Shown: positions 38,734 through 48,540 of the stretch, in pieces
How positions within the stretch are numbered: the stretch's first letter is position 1
How the letters are laid out: each line of letters begins with the position of its first letter
Assembly: GCA_965263295.1 (NCBI GenBank)
Contig: OZ253665.1
Location: 2,144,001 to 2,208,000, forward strand
Origin: Spirochaetia bacterium
GTDB lineage: Bacteria > Spirochaetota > Spirochaetia > SP-2023
Reading direction: 5' to 3'
Length of the DNA stretch: 64,000 bases
Made by a program: the position numbers and the translations under genes
The notes under the pieces: generated by a model
Seen by the model: only the letters and a program-made list of their open reading frames with translations
What the model was told of the DNA's origin: nothing
Databases searched by the model: none

Positions 38734-39927
38734 ATGAAACGATCCTGCAAATTGAGGGACGGAAAGGTATTCATGCGACAACGGAAACCCACAGATACTC
38801 TCCGGCTGAGCCAAATGCGCCCGGCATACAAGGTCAGCTTATCGACAGTTTTGTTATTGGTAAGCTTGATGGCCCCGCAAGCCCAAATGGCAGCACAAAC
38901 CGAGGCAGAACAAGTCCAAACGGACGTTCATTCACCAGACTCACAAAGCAATACAAGCAATGTAGGCGAAAATATTCGGGATGAAAGCCTGATTGTTTTA
39001 CTTAGCTTTGGCCAATCCTCAAAGCCCAGCCTCATATACAGTCTAAACTTTCGCGACTATCCCGGCCTGAGTGCCGCCTTCCTTTACTTGGCGCGCCACG
39101 AGGCCGAGTTGTACCAGAACGTAAGCTACTCTTCGACATACCAGGCATCTTACGGCCATGCTTTTAGCAGCTTGCCTGAGGGCAGCGGCATTTACAGTTT
39201 GCCCAACGCCCCATCCCTTGAACATCCGGCCCCCGGACTGGCTTTTTGGCGCAACGGCAGCATCTTACGCAGTGATATATTGTTTTTAGCGACAGCAGAA
39301 GTGGGCATGCGCGATCAAGGAAACCTAGTCTTTTTTGCCGAACTGCAACAAGATACTGAAAATTTGGCCCCTCTGCACCCCAGACAAGGCTTGCAGTTAT
39401 TCGGAGTAGAAGCCAAGACTCCGGAAGCCCAGGATTTTCTCGCCAGGTTAAGCCGCGATCGAGATGCTTACCTCGCCAGTCTTGACCAACTCTGGCAAGC
39501 CGATTTAAAACGGGACTGGCCAGATGTAAACACTATCATGCAAAGCAACCAAAGCAACCTTGCGGAATGGAAACGAGATGCTTTTGGTTACTACATCCGC
39601 ATGATAGAAGAACGCAAAGGCTCCCTTCCCAAAGTTGGCGAAGATCTGAACATAATCCTTGAGCGCAAGGCCTTTGCGGGACTGAGTGCCCAAAGTCTGC
39701 CCGTAATTGTTAACTTCGGCCGAGACACTCTGCCCATGCCCTTTGCCTACTACGTTGGTAAAACCCCCAAAGGTACCCGCGTAGAGATCATGTGTCCGCC
39801 TTCGGCAACTCGCAGCAAGCTCAGCACCTTAGCTGCTGAATACGGCGGAACCCGTTATCAATGGCTGTTAGATTCTTACAAAGGAACGGACTGGGTCTAC
39901 CTAAGTTTTTCTCTGGAAATTCAATAG
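38734..39927 (+). CDS. Exported, highly diverged cyclophilin-FKBP-like protein (start uncertain)
   Basis: Signal-like segment; weak cyclophilin echo (GSGIYSLPNAPSLEHPAPGLAFWRNG); FKBP-like C-terminus (KGSLPKVGE..PVIVNFGRDTL..PKGTRVEIMCPP..YG..WVYLSFSLEI). Confidence 0.5.
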   Translation: MKRSCKLRDGKVFMRQRKPTDTLRLSQMRPAYKVSLSTVLLLVSLMAPQAQMAAQTEAEQVQTDVHSPDSQSNTSNVGENIRDESLIVLLSFGQSSKPSLIYSLNFRDYPGLSAAFLYLARHEAELYQNVSYSSTYQASYGHAFSSLPEGSGIYSLPNAPSLEHPAPGLAFWRNGSILRSDILFLATAEVGMRDQGNLVFFAELQQDTENLAPLHPRQGLQLFGVEAKTPEAQDFLARLSRDRDAYLASLDQLWQADLKRDWPDVNTIMQSNQSNLAEWKRDAFGYYIRMIEERKGSLPKVGEDLNIILERKAFAGLSAQSLPVIVNFGRDTLPMPFAYYVGKTPKGTRVEIMCPPSATRSKLSTLAAEYGGTRYQWLLDSYKGTDWVYLSFSLEIQ

Positions 39928-39950
39928 CAACACTCCCTGAGCTTTCGCGT

Positions 39951-41363
39951 TCAATCTTCATCCCCAGACTTTTCAACCAGTAAGTCTGACATCTTGTAAT
40001 CGTGAATCTTGCGATGGAGGGTTTTACGGCCAATCTGCAAGATCTTGGATGCTTGAGTCTTATTCCCTTTAGCATAAGCAATTGTAGCACGGATTGCGGC
40101 TTCTTCAATCTGCATCATGCTCGAACCTAAGGGAATACTAATTTTATCCACATCTTTCTGCTGCTGAAGTTTGGGAGGCAAATCTTCCGGCTGAATTGAC
40201 GATTGCTTACATAGAACCACAGCACTTTCCACAGTATTTTGCAACTCGCGAATATTGCCAGGCCAATAGTAATTGTACATTAATGTCAAAGCCTTAGGGC
40301 TAATCCCCTCAATGTAGGTACGGCGATTTTCCTTAACTGCCTGATCGAGAAAATATGGAATTAGAAACGGCAAATCTTCTTTGCGTTCGCGCAGTGACGG
40401 GATGTGAATATTCACTACATTTAAGCGATAAAAAAGGTCCTCGCGGAAACGGCCCTCGCTCACTTCTTCTTGCAGGTTGCGATTTGTCGCGGCAATGATG
40501 CGAACGTCGACCTCGATAGTCTGTTCGCCTCCAACGCGCTCAAAACTCTTTTGCTGCAGTACACGAAGTAATTTAATTTGCGTCGCTGCATCAATTTCGC
40601 CAATTTCATCTAAGAAAATGCTACCGCCGTCTGCCAACTCGAAACGGCCCTTGCGCCGTTGATTGGCACCGGTGAACGCCCCTTTTTCATGCCCAAACAG
40701 CTCACTTTCCAAGAGCGTCTGACTCAGAGCCGCACAGTGAACTTTTATCAGTTCCTTTTTTCGACGTTCGGAAAAGCGATGCAGCGACTCGGCCACCAAC
40801 TCTTTGCCGACCCCGCTCTCACCAGTAATCAGTACCGAAACGCGCGAATCTGCCACCTGCTCAATCATCTGGTAGACTCGCTGCATTCCAGGGTTCTTGC
40901 TGCTAAACTTAATATTTTTAGATTCGCGCGCGCGCAGGCGTTCAAGCTCCAGACTCAGCTCGCGATTCTGGCGCTTTAATTCACGTGATCCCAAGGCCCG
41001 TTCAACCAGTAATTCCAGGCGATCCAGGTTCACAGGTTTCGTCACAAAGTCATAGGCTCCGGCACGCATAGCCGCCACAGCATTCTCAATAGAGCCATGG
41101 CCAGTTAAAATAATAACTGGAACACTCATATAATCACGTTTGATACGCTCCAACAGTTCTTGACCATTGAGCTTCGGCATGCGCAAATCTATAATTGCCA
41201 GGTCTATATCCTCGGACTGTACCAGGTCCCAGGCCTTCTCTCCGTCCTCTGCCGTAAAAAAGACATAGTCGGGAGAGATACTCGACAAGGCTCTGCACAA
41301 GCCCTTGCAGATATTTGGCTCATCATCCGCTATCAAAATATGAAACGGGGATTGCTTTGCCAC
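39951..41363 (-). CDS. Sigma54-dependent response regulator (NtrC/Rrp2 family)
   Basis: Receiver IADDE...IIDLRMP; AAA+ GESGVGKE, ESELFGHEKGAFTGA, WPGNIREL; Fis-type HTH. Confidence 0.95.
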   Translation of the reverse strand: MAKQSPFHILIADDEPNICKGLCRALSSISPDYVFFTAEDGEKAWDLVQSEDIDLAIIDLRMPKLNGQELLERIKRDYMSVPVIILTGHGSIENAVAAMRAGAYDFVTKPVNLDRLELLVERALGSRELKRQNRELSLELERLRARESKNIKFSSKNPGMQRVYQMIEQVADSRVSVLITGESGVGKELVAESLHRFSERRKKELIKVHCAALSQTLLESELFGHEKGAFTGANQRRKGRFELADGGSIFLDEIGEIDAATQIKLLRVLQQKSFERVGGEQTIEVDVRIIAATNRNLQEEVSEGRFREDLFYRLNVVNIHIPSLRERKEDLPFLIPYFLDQAVKENRRTYIEGISPKALTLMYNYYWPGNIRELQNTVESAVVLCKQSSIQPEDLPPKLQQQKDVDKISIPLGSSMMQIEEAAIRATIAYAKGNKTQASKILQIGRKTLHRKIHDYKMSDLLVEKSGDED

Positions 41364-41368
41364 CAGTT

Positions 41369-42298
41369 CTACCCCTCTTTAACCTCATTCTGTCCACGAT
41401 AATAATGTCGCAGCTCAGGCCCAGCCTGCTGCCAAAACAAAAAGAACTTGTGCTGAGAAAAGCCAAAATATTGGGCTAAAAGTTTTGCGATTGGCTTACC
41501 TACATAGCGGTAGTGCCAAGGCTCATAAATATAACCGGTAAATTCTGCTTGCCCTTCTGGGTATGACAGGGAAAACCCATAATCCAGGGCATGGGCAGCC
41601 AGCCAGCGGCCGGCAGCGGTTGTAGCAAAGGACTGGCTAATTGGCGCAAAGTCAATCACCAGACCTAATTGATGCTGAGACTCGCCCGGCTTGGCAGAAT
41701 AGCGATTTGCAGCATTTACGCCATCACGTTCAGCGTAGCGGCGAAACACATCGCGCTGATATCCAAAGGAACGATAGGTCGAACCCAACGGTAGGTTCAC
41801 CCCTTCAGAACGGGCGACGGTGTTCATTGCCAATAAGTCGGCGATAACAATCCTGCGCAATTGCAGGTCTCCACGCGTCAAGTTCAGCGCGGGATAATTC
41901 TCCAGGGCGACCAAGTCTTGCGGCACATAGTCCGCAGGCAAAGCATGACGCTTGTCTACCAAAAGACTCAAGTAGGGCTCGCGGCGTTGCTGCTCCAGAA
42001 CCTGGGCGCTCAGCTGCAGGAATTCGACGGCCTGATCCCGAACACGTCGGCGCTCCTCTATATTTAAATAACGAGCGGTAAAATCGGCAAAATCCTCTGC
42101 AGTAAAATCAAATACGGGTAACAATTTTGCTGGCGGTACTTGACTCTGCTGCCGATCCTGACTTTTGCTTTTACTTTGGGCTTGGACCCGCCGGGCGCAG
42201 GCCTCAACAGCAAAGCCAAACAGGGCCAAAATCACATAAAATACCGTCCAAGTCAAAAATCTGCAGCTTGAGCGATCAGCAGAAAGCAAAAAGTGCAT
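41369..42298 (-). CDS. D-alanyl-D-alanine carboxypeptidase, VanY/M15B family
   Basis: STYRSFGYQ, YSAKPGESQHQLGLVIDF, YEPWHYRYVG; N-terminal anchor. Confidence 0.92.
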   Translation of the reverse strand: MHFLLSADRSSCRFLTWTVFYVILALFGFAVEACARRVQAQSKSKSQDRQQSQVPPAKLLPVFDFTAEDFADFTARYLNIEERRRVRDQAVEFLQLSAQVLEQQRREPYLSLLVDKRHALPADYVPQDLVALENYPALNLTRGDLQLRRIVIADLLAMNTVARSEGVNLPLGSTYRSFGYQRDVFRRYAERDGVNAANRYSAKPGESQHQLGLVIDFAPISQSFATTAAGRWLAAHALDYGFSLSYPEGQAEFTGYIYEPWHYRYVGKPIAKLLAQYFGFSQHKFFLFWQQAGPELRHYYRGQNEVKEG

Positions 42299-42306
42299 CC
42301 CCTCCC

Positions 42307-43665
42307 TCAGTCGTTTTTCATCGAAATCGGCTGGGCCGTAGCTTCAATCACATGACGCCACAGGGTACTGCCTGGGCTGATCGTCTTGCGTTCGGTCACC
42401 GCCGCCGAAATGGGGATATGAACATAAGTACTGTTCCAATAAGAGATTAAGGCTGAAGTCTTACCGGCCATGGCCGCGTGGGCGGCATACGTGCCCAGCC
42501 GAGCACAATACAAGGCATCCGTGGCAATGGGGCGCGCCGCGCGAATCATATAACTTGGATCAATATATTTCAAATTAATATCAATCTGTTCCTGCCTGAA
42601 GAAGGTATTGATACGGTCGCGCAAAAAGGCCCCGATATCTTTGTGTAAAATGTTGCCTCCCTTGTCCTCGCTTCTTGAATTTTTATCAAAAAACTCCTGT
42701 CCGGCACCTTCAGCCAAAACAATTACGGCATGACCTTTTTTATCCAAATGCTTTTGTAAATGAGCCAGAAAGCCATTCGGCCCCTCCAAGTCAAATGGAA
42801 CTTCGGGGATCAACACAAAGTCAGCATCCTGTGAGGCTATCGCCGTGTGGGCCGCAATAAAACCGGAATCGCGGCCCATCAACTTGACCAGTCCGATACC
42901 GTTGGGCGCACTTGAAGCTTCTACCGTCGCCGACTCTACAGCATGGGACGCCAAAGCCACGGCAGTATCAAACCCAAAGGTTTTGTGGACAAACAGGATA
43001 TCATTATCAATAGTTTTCGGCACACCGATAACCGCAATCTTATGCCCCTGCTTCTGTAAATAATCACTGATATCACGGGCTCCTTTAAGTGTGCCATCTC
43101 CGCCAATCACAAACAATATATTAATGTCCAGTTGCTGAATGCGAGCCGCTATTGATGAAATCTCTTTGCCGCCACCTCGTGCAGACCCTAAAAAAGAGCC
43201 GCCGATCTTGTGAATGGTTCTGACCACGTCCGGATTCAGTTGGATCGTCGGGACATCCGGCTGAAAGCCCAGGTAGCCATTGCGAATCCCAATAATATTT
43301 CGCACTTTGTAACAACTCCACAAAGTGTTGACGATAGAGTGAATTATGTCGTTCAGACCGGGGCAGAGGCCGCCACACGTCACGATAGCCGCCGCAGTGT
43401 TATGCGGATCAAAAAAAATCTCCTTGCGAGGGCCAGCCAGCTCCATTGAATGTTCCCGCTCAACTATAATTGGCCGTTCTTCTCCAAGACAGCGGAAACG
43501 GTTAGCCACCGGGACGCGGGTATCAGAAGGATCACGAGTAAACTTTACTTCTTCAATGTCTGCCAAAGCATCGCTATCTTCGCCATGAGCATAGTTCATG
43601 GGCGAGGGAATTCGGCGTTCTCCTAACTCTGCGACCAATAAATTAACATCTTCATCTTCAGGCAT
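42307..43665 (-). CDS. pfkA: 6-phosphofructokinase (ATP-type GGDG motif, group X-like)
   Basis: VTCGGLCPGLN, IGGDGT, PKTIDND, KLMGRDSGFIA, KYIDPSYMIRA. Confidence 0.92.
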   Translation of the reverse strand: MPEDEDVNLLVAELGERRIPSPMNYAHGEDSDALADIEEVKFTRDPSDTRVPVANRFRCLGEERPIIVEREHSMELAGPRKEIFFDPHNTAAAIVTCGGLCPGLNDIIHSIVNTLWSCYKVRNIIGIRNGYLGFQPDVPTIQLNPDVVRTIHKIGGSFLGSARGGGKEISSIAARIQQLDINILFVIGGDGTLKGARDISDYLQKQGHKIAVIGVPKTIDNDILFVHKTFGFDTAVALASHAVESATVEASSAPNGIGLVKLMGRDSGFIAAHTAIASQDADFVLIPEVPFDLEGPNGFLAHLQKHLDKKGHAVIVLAEGAGQEFFDKNSRSEDKGGNILHKDIGAFLRDRINTFFRQEQIDINLKYIDPSYMIRAARPIATDALYCARLGTYAAHAAMAGKTSALISYWNSTYVHIPISAAVTERKTISPGSTLWRHVIEATAQPISMKND

Positions 43666-43713
43666 AAAACCACCTTTACAAAATTTTTTCTAGGGAATCT
43701 AGGTTGAGATTTT

Positions 43714-45063
43714 TTATCCATTCTCATCTATTTTCAAGAGTTTCTCGCGTAATTCGACACCTTCAATCAGCTCTATCGGCCGCGCTTCACTAAAAGACTT
43801 AACCTTGGCGCCAAACGTATCATTAGTGATCAGCATATAACGACTACAGCCCGACAGTTTACCCTGATTGACTATTTCTCGAACCTGTTCCATGGAAACA
43901 GGTTTGTGGACTAAATTAATCCACACGTAATATATACGCTCATCTTGCTTGTTTAAAGACTTAGCGGTCATCACGATGTCATTTCGGTTATAAGTCTCGC
44001 TGACAACCTGTCTTAAACCGGGAATCAAAAGCTGCAATAGCTGACGCAACACCTGGCCGCGCTGTTCATTTTCGCCGTAATAGAGCAGGTTCAAATTATG
44101 ACTGTGTGCCATCTCGCGATAATTACTAAGTAAGGCATTGGCATCTCGATATTTAGAATTTAGCTTGCAAAGCCGCTGCAGCGATTCACAAGCTTCGTGG
44201 AACTTACCCAACTTTACATACGTTTTAGCGCTGTCATATAGTGCCCGATAAGTCAATTCGCCCACAGGGGTCTCCATAGATGGAACTTTCTCAAGATATT
44301 TCAAAGCTTCAGCCGTATTATTTTGACGCAAATACAAGTGAGCTAAAAAACCACAAGCCATGGCACCTACCGCTTCATTTTCGGCGACACGCTCATAGTA
44401 TTTAATCGCTTGTTCAAACTGCTCTGTTTTGTCCAAACAATTTGCCAAAGCAAGCATGAACTCTGGGTCTTCCTTATGTTGGGGCTCCAGAGGCTGCAGT
44501 AAAAGCAAGGCTTCTTTGAAGCGACTCAACTTAGCATAGCACATCCCCAAGAAAAAGTTGTTGTTTTTATCACTTGGATTCAGCTTGTGAGCTTTCGCCA
44601 ACTCAACTACAGCATCTGCTAAGTGACGCTTTTGAAAAATCAAGAGACCTAATGTCGCAGAAAGTTTCTGATCAACAGCACCAGGTAGAGTGCGCCGAGC
44701 CTTCTGTAGGCTGATCAGGGCGTCTTCAAACTTTTCAGTTTGGTATGCCGATAAGCCAAACTCTAGATATACATTAAAACAACCCTCCGGACTTAAGTGA
44801 TCCGACATGTTCGGGCTAGTCAGTAAAATCATCTGAGAGTAGTAGTCAAAGGCCTTCTCGTAGTTTTGTTGTTTGTAGAAGAGTGAAGCGCTAAGACGCA
44901 ATGCTTCAATATCTTTGGGATCACGTTGCAGCTCCTCTAAGGAAGTCTGCAATAACCCATCGTCGGTTTTGAGCCAATCGCGATAGCTGATCTGCCTATA
45001 GATATACACAGTAACTAATAATATTAATATTATAATACCGATAAGCACTATGGTAAAAAACAT
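43714..45063 (-). CDS. Membrane-anchored TPR protein with C-terminal Mrr/restriction-endonuclease-like domain
   Basis: N-terminal TM helix; many TPR repeats; C-terminus PVSMEQVREI...YMLITNDTFG...ARPIELIEGVEL. Confidence 0.7.
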   Translation of the reverse strand: MFFTIVLIGIIILILLVTVYIYRQISYRDWLKTDDGLLQTSLEELQRDPKDIEALRLSASLFYKQQNYEKAFDYYSQMILLTSPNMSDHLSPEGCFNVYLEFGLSAYQTEKFEDALISLQKARRTLPGAVDQKLSATLGLLIFQKRHLADAVVELAKAHKLNPSDKNNNFFLGMCYAKLSRFKEALLLLQPLEPQHKEDPEFMLALANCLDKTEQFEQAIKYYERVAENEAVGAMACGFLAHLYLRQNNTAEALKYLEKVPSMETPVGELTYRALYDSAKTYVKLGKFHEACESLQRLCKLNSKYRDANALLSNYREMAHSHNLNLLYYGENEQRGQVLRQLLQLLIPGLRQVVSETYNRNDIVMTAKSLNKQDERIYYVWINLVHKPVSMEQVREIVNQGKLSGCSRYMLITNDTFGAKVKSFSEARPIELIEGVELREKLLKIDENG

Positions 45064-45684
45064 AAGATTCCTTTAATATCGTCGCGATAGTAAAATTCGG
45101 TCCATTAAGCTTGCTTACATAATTAATCTGTAGAGGCATATTATTACGCTAGAGCTCAACATAATTAATGGCACCATTATTTAGATTAAAATAAAGAAAA
45201 GTCATTACCTCAACCATCCATTTTTTCCTTAATTGCTAGAGGCAGACAATTTTTTCTTAGCGGAGTTCCAGAATAATGCTAAGCCATTTATATAATTTTT
45301 ATCCAGAACAAAACCCATGTAAGAATCATAGAAGCCATTTTGATTATCATATATTTAATTTAATATCAAACCAGTATAAGCCTTCACCCGTCTGAATATA
45401 TCGTCTAACCTTCAATGAATTTTCTCTCAATTATAGCTTTAAATCGTTTCTTTGTAAAGTTTCTAGCTTTTTATAAAAACTTCTCTATCGCGCTTTGATA
45501 TACCAAATTCAGAGCGTTTTGTTCCCCGCTCTCCTTACCTATGACTTTGCTTGCTCCACAGCAGGATTTACCGGCCTCAAAATCTCCTAATTTTGTTAAT
45601 CATTGATCATCTATATAAGCCGACCCTGTTTTTAAATACAAGCAAGCAAATTCTTCTACGGTTCGCGGCTTTCTAACGCTCCAA

Positions 45685-46554
45685 TTAAGCTTCCAAACCA
45701 AAGTGTAAACAGACACCACGCATTTGCAATTCCAGCCCACAGGCCAACAGGCCTAAAGGACGAGGTTTCTCTTTGTCATCGCCTGCCAGCTGAAAATCCG
45801 CAATGCTATGTGTTGGATACGCCCGCTGATAAATGGGATCTCCGGCGATGGCGAAACCTAAAAAACCGAGCTGGGCGCGAAGCTGATGACGGAAGCCCTT
45901 TTGAAGACTGACAGCAAAGTAAGTACCCTCGGCTGCGCTGTGGGCCTCTTCAATACGCGTCGTACATAAAACAGTTTTCTTCCGCCCCCATTTAGGTTCT
46001 GCCGCCAAATCCTGCGGGATGACGCGCACCTCCGCGCCGTTAGGACCATACGAGCGAAAGTAACTGCGGTACTCGCGACATTGCGGCAGTTCGCACTCGC
46101 TCGCCCTACGAGAACTCCAAGCCACATAGTATTTGCGGATCCGCCGCTGTTGCTGCAGTTGCTTTAAATGGCTGTATGCTTCGTTATTTGCAGCTTGCAA
46201 CAATAAACCACCCGTCAAATAGTCGAGGCGCTGGACTAGCCCCCCTTCTGTCGGCAAAGGCTCCCAAGCCTGATTTTGCAACAAAAAAGACTCAATGCTG
46301 GGGCCAGAATTGCGCCCTGCGCCAACACTGTGCCAGCCTGGAGGCTTGAAAACCAGGCGCAGACCTCGCAGCCAAGGCTCTAGCTGATACAACTCTACTC
46401 CATTTTTGCGCAGGCCAGTTAAAAGCTCTTGATATATGTAAGGCTGGATTTTATCCGCCATGTCCAGCCAATGATAGTAAGCCATAAATAACTGACGCAA
46501 AGATTTATATCCGCGGAGCCGAAATTTTTGTTTTCTTTCTTCCGTTGACGCCAT
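45685..46554 (-). CDS. RluA-family pseudouridine synthase (start uncertain)
   Basis: FKPPGWHS, GLVQRLDYLTGGLLL (catalytic Asp), KYYVA, GFRHQLRAQL..IAGDPIY. Confidence 0.88.
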   Translation of the reverse strand: MASTEERKQKFRLRGYKSLRQLFMAYYHWLDMADKIQPYIYQELLTGLRKNGVELYQLEPWLRGLRLVFKPPGWHSVGAGRNSGPSIESFLLQNQAWEPLPTEGGLVQRLDYLTGGLLLQAANNEAYSHLKQLQQQRRIRKYYVAWSSRRASECELPQCREYRSYFRSYGPNGAEVRVIPQDLAAEPKWGRKKTVLCTTRIEEAHSAAEGTYFAVSLQKGFRHQLRAQLGFLGFAIAGDPIYQRAYPTHSIADFQLAGDDKEKPRPLGLLACGLELQMRGVCLHFGLEA

Positions 46555-46583
46555 CGCGTTGCAGGACAACGCCAGCGGGGGGC

Positions 46584-47738
46584 TCAATTTTGCTGCAGCC
46601 AACGTAGCGCCAAATAGGGGTCCCACATTGCTGCCGTGGCGCTCATCGCCAGCTCCGCACCATCTGTTAGGCGCTCTGTCAAGTCACAAGCCTGCATCAT
46701 GCCGCCGACTCCGACAATGACAAAGTCGTCTTTGCGCTCGTGGCGCAAAGCGGCCAAGTCACGGACGAACTGGCGACCAACCCGCCGAATTGCGCCGCCG
46801 CAAATACCGCTTTTTAAACGGCCTTCACCGGGCAACGCCGGCCGGCCATCCGCGCGGCGCACATTGCTGGGAACGGTATTGATGCCAGCGTAGCCATTTA
46901 CATACGGCCGAGTGGCCTCAACCAAGGCCTGCAGTTTATCGGGGGATTGGTAACCCAGCTTCAACAACAATGGCACGGCCTTTCCAATAGCCGTGCGGAT
47001 TTCCCGCGCTGTGCGCGCCGCATTCTCGGCGTCAGCGTACAGCATGCCGGTAGCGCTACCCCCCAGGTTGGGGCACGAAAAGTTCGCTTCCAACACCTTG
47101 GCGCCCGCATCGCGGGCCATGGCGGCGGTATACGCAAAATCCTGCACCAGGCTGCGACCCCGCCCGCCCTTTCCGGCCCCTTCGGTTCCCATTATGGACA
47201 CGATCAGTAATTGCCCTTCACCGCAGTAAGAATTCGCCCGTTCGACATCCGGCATCCAAACCTCAGGTGCCATGCTCGGCACACCAAAGGAATTCGTAAT
47301 ACTGAGCTGCCCCATTTGCTGCGGGGCCTCTCCGACCAGCAGTTCAGGCAAGCTCTCCCGCGCGAGTAACAGCGCGGGATCAAACTCCGGCGACTGCTGT
47401 GGCATTTCCACATATATGCAGTTGGGCGCTGGATGACAAGCCCGAAAAACGCTGCGAACCGTTTTATATACCGGTACCGAAAATCCAAAGTTCAAGTAAA
47501 ATCGCACCCAATCGGCGTTCAATAATGGCCCAGACGGAATGCCTATAGGGTTTGCCAAGTGAAATCCCAAAAATTCAAAACCATGATTGACGGCATGATC
47601 GACTGAATGGTCAAGATTTTGTCCTAAAGTTATGCGCTCAGGAGTTTGCGGGCCGTCCTCATAGTTTTCCTCATAACTTTTGTCGCAGGCGTAGACTTCT
47701 GTGAATTTCTCAGGAATTTCTGACAATATTTCAGACAT
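46584..47738 (-). CDS. FMN-dependent dihydroorotate dehydrogenase-like oxidoreductase
   Basis: NPIGIPSGP, YKTV, ITNSFG, EANFSCPN, LLLKL, GINT, SGICG, IVGVGG. Confidence 0.75.
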   Translation of the reverse strand: MSEILSEIPEKFTEVYACDKSYEENYEDGPQTPERITLGQNLDHSVDHAVNHGFEFLGFHLANPIGIPSGPLLNADWVRFYLNFGFSVPVYKTVRSVFRACHPAPNCIYVEMPQQSPEFDPALLLARESLPELLVGEAPQQMGQLSITNSFGVPSMAPEVWMPDVERANSYCGEGQLLIVSIMGTEGAGKGGRGRSLVQDFAYTAAMARDAGAKVLEANFSCPNLGGSATGMLYADAENAARTAREIRTAIGKAVPLLLKLGYQSPDKLQALVEATRPYVNGYAGINTVPSNVRRADGRPALPGEGRLKSGICGGAIRRVGRQFVRDLAALRHERKDDFVIVGVGGMMQACDLTERLTDGAELAMSATAAMWDPYLALRWLQQN

Positions 47739-47835
47739 AATAAATTATTATATTATCTATTACTTGATTTTTTGCAAGGAAATACCTAAGTTTTATCTCA
47801 GGTATTTCAATTTAATATTGGAGCAAGGAGTTTCT

Positions 47836-48534
47836 ATGAACAAATTTATAAGTGCGAGTTTGGTATTCCTCGCCTCTACCTTATTTTCTTGTAATACTTT
47901 AAATCAAAATATTCGCCCCAATTACAAGATAGTGGATCACAAAGGGGTTCTCGCAGGAGTCAAGATTCCTGCCGTCATTAAAGATGCCATGACTGAGCCC
48001 GCGGAAGAGCTTGCGCGAAAATACTTTCCCGAAAGTTATGTTTTTGTCGCCAATCAGAAAGGCCGCGACCTCGACGGCCTGATTACATGGTCCAAGAATT
48101 TCCAAGTTCAGGCTGAAGTGGCCAAGCGCATCCAGACCAGTATCGACTTTGCGGCCAATAACTCTGTCAGCGGCAACAAGGATACACTTGTAACGACTAT
48201 GAACATCGTGACTGAAATAGTGGCCAAGCAAAACATTTCCGGCCTGCAGATGCAGCAAGATTGGTGGATCAAACTACAGTACGAAGATGGCAAAGAGGAA
48301 TATCAGTACCTAGCTGTGTACGCGATCAAGAGATCTTTGCTCGACAAGTTCATGAACGATGCCATTGACCAAGCTGCCGCACAGCAGAACCTGAGCGACG
48401 AAGACAAAGCCACGGTAGCCAAACTAGGCGATGACCTGAGCAATTCAGGCTATGGTTTGGAAGATAGCGAGGGAGAATTTTCCGCGGTGGCCTTTGAATC
48501 CAGTATGGACCCCAGTATGGCTGAAACAAAATAA
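47836..48534 (+). CDS. Lipoprotein (LPP20-like)
   Basis: Lipobox LFSC; KIVDHKG, ISGLQMQQDWW, YQYLAVYAI. Confidence 0.75.
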   Translation: MNKFISASLVFLASTLFSCNTLNQNIRPNYKIVDHKGVLAGVKIPAVIKDAMTEPAEELARKYFPESYVFVANQKGRDLDGLITWSKNFQVQAEVAKRIQTSIDFAANNSVSGNKDTLVTTMNIVTEIVAKQNISGLQMQQDWWIKLQYEDGKEEYQYLAVYAIKRSLLDKFMNDAIDQAAAQQNLSDEDKATVAKLGDDLSNSGYGLEDSEGEFSAVAFESSMDPSMAETK

Positions 48535-48540
48535 GGAAGA

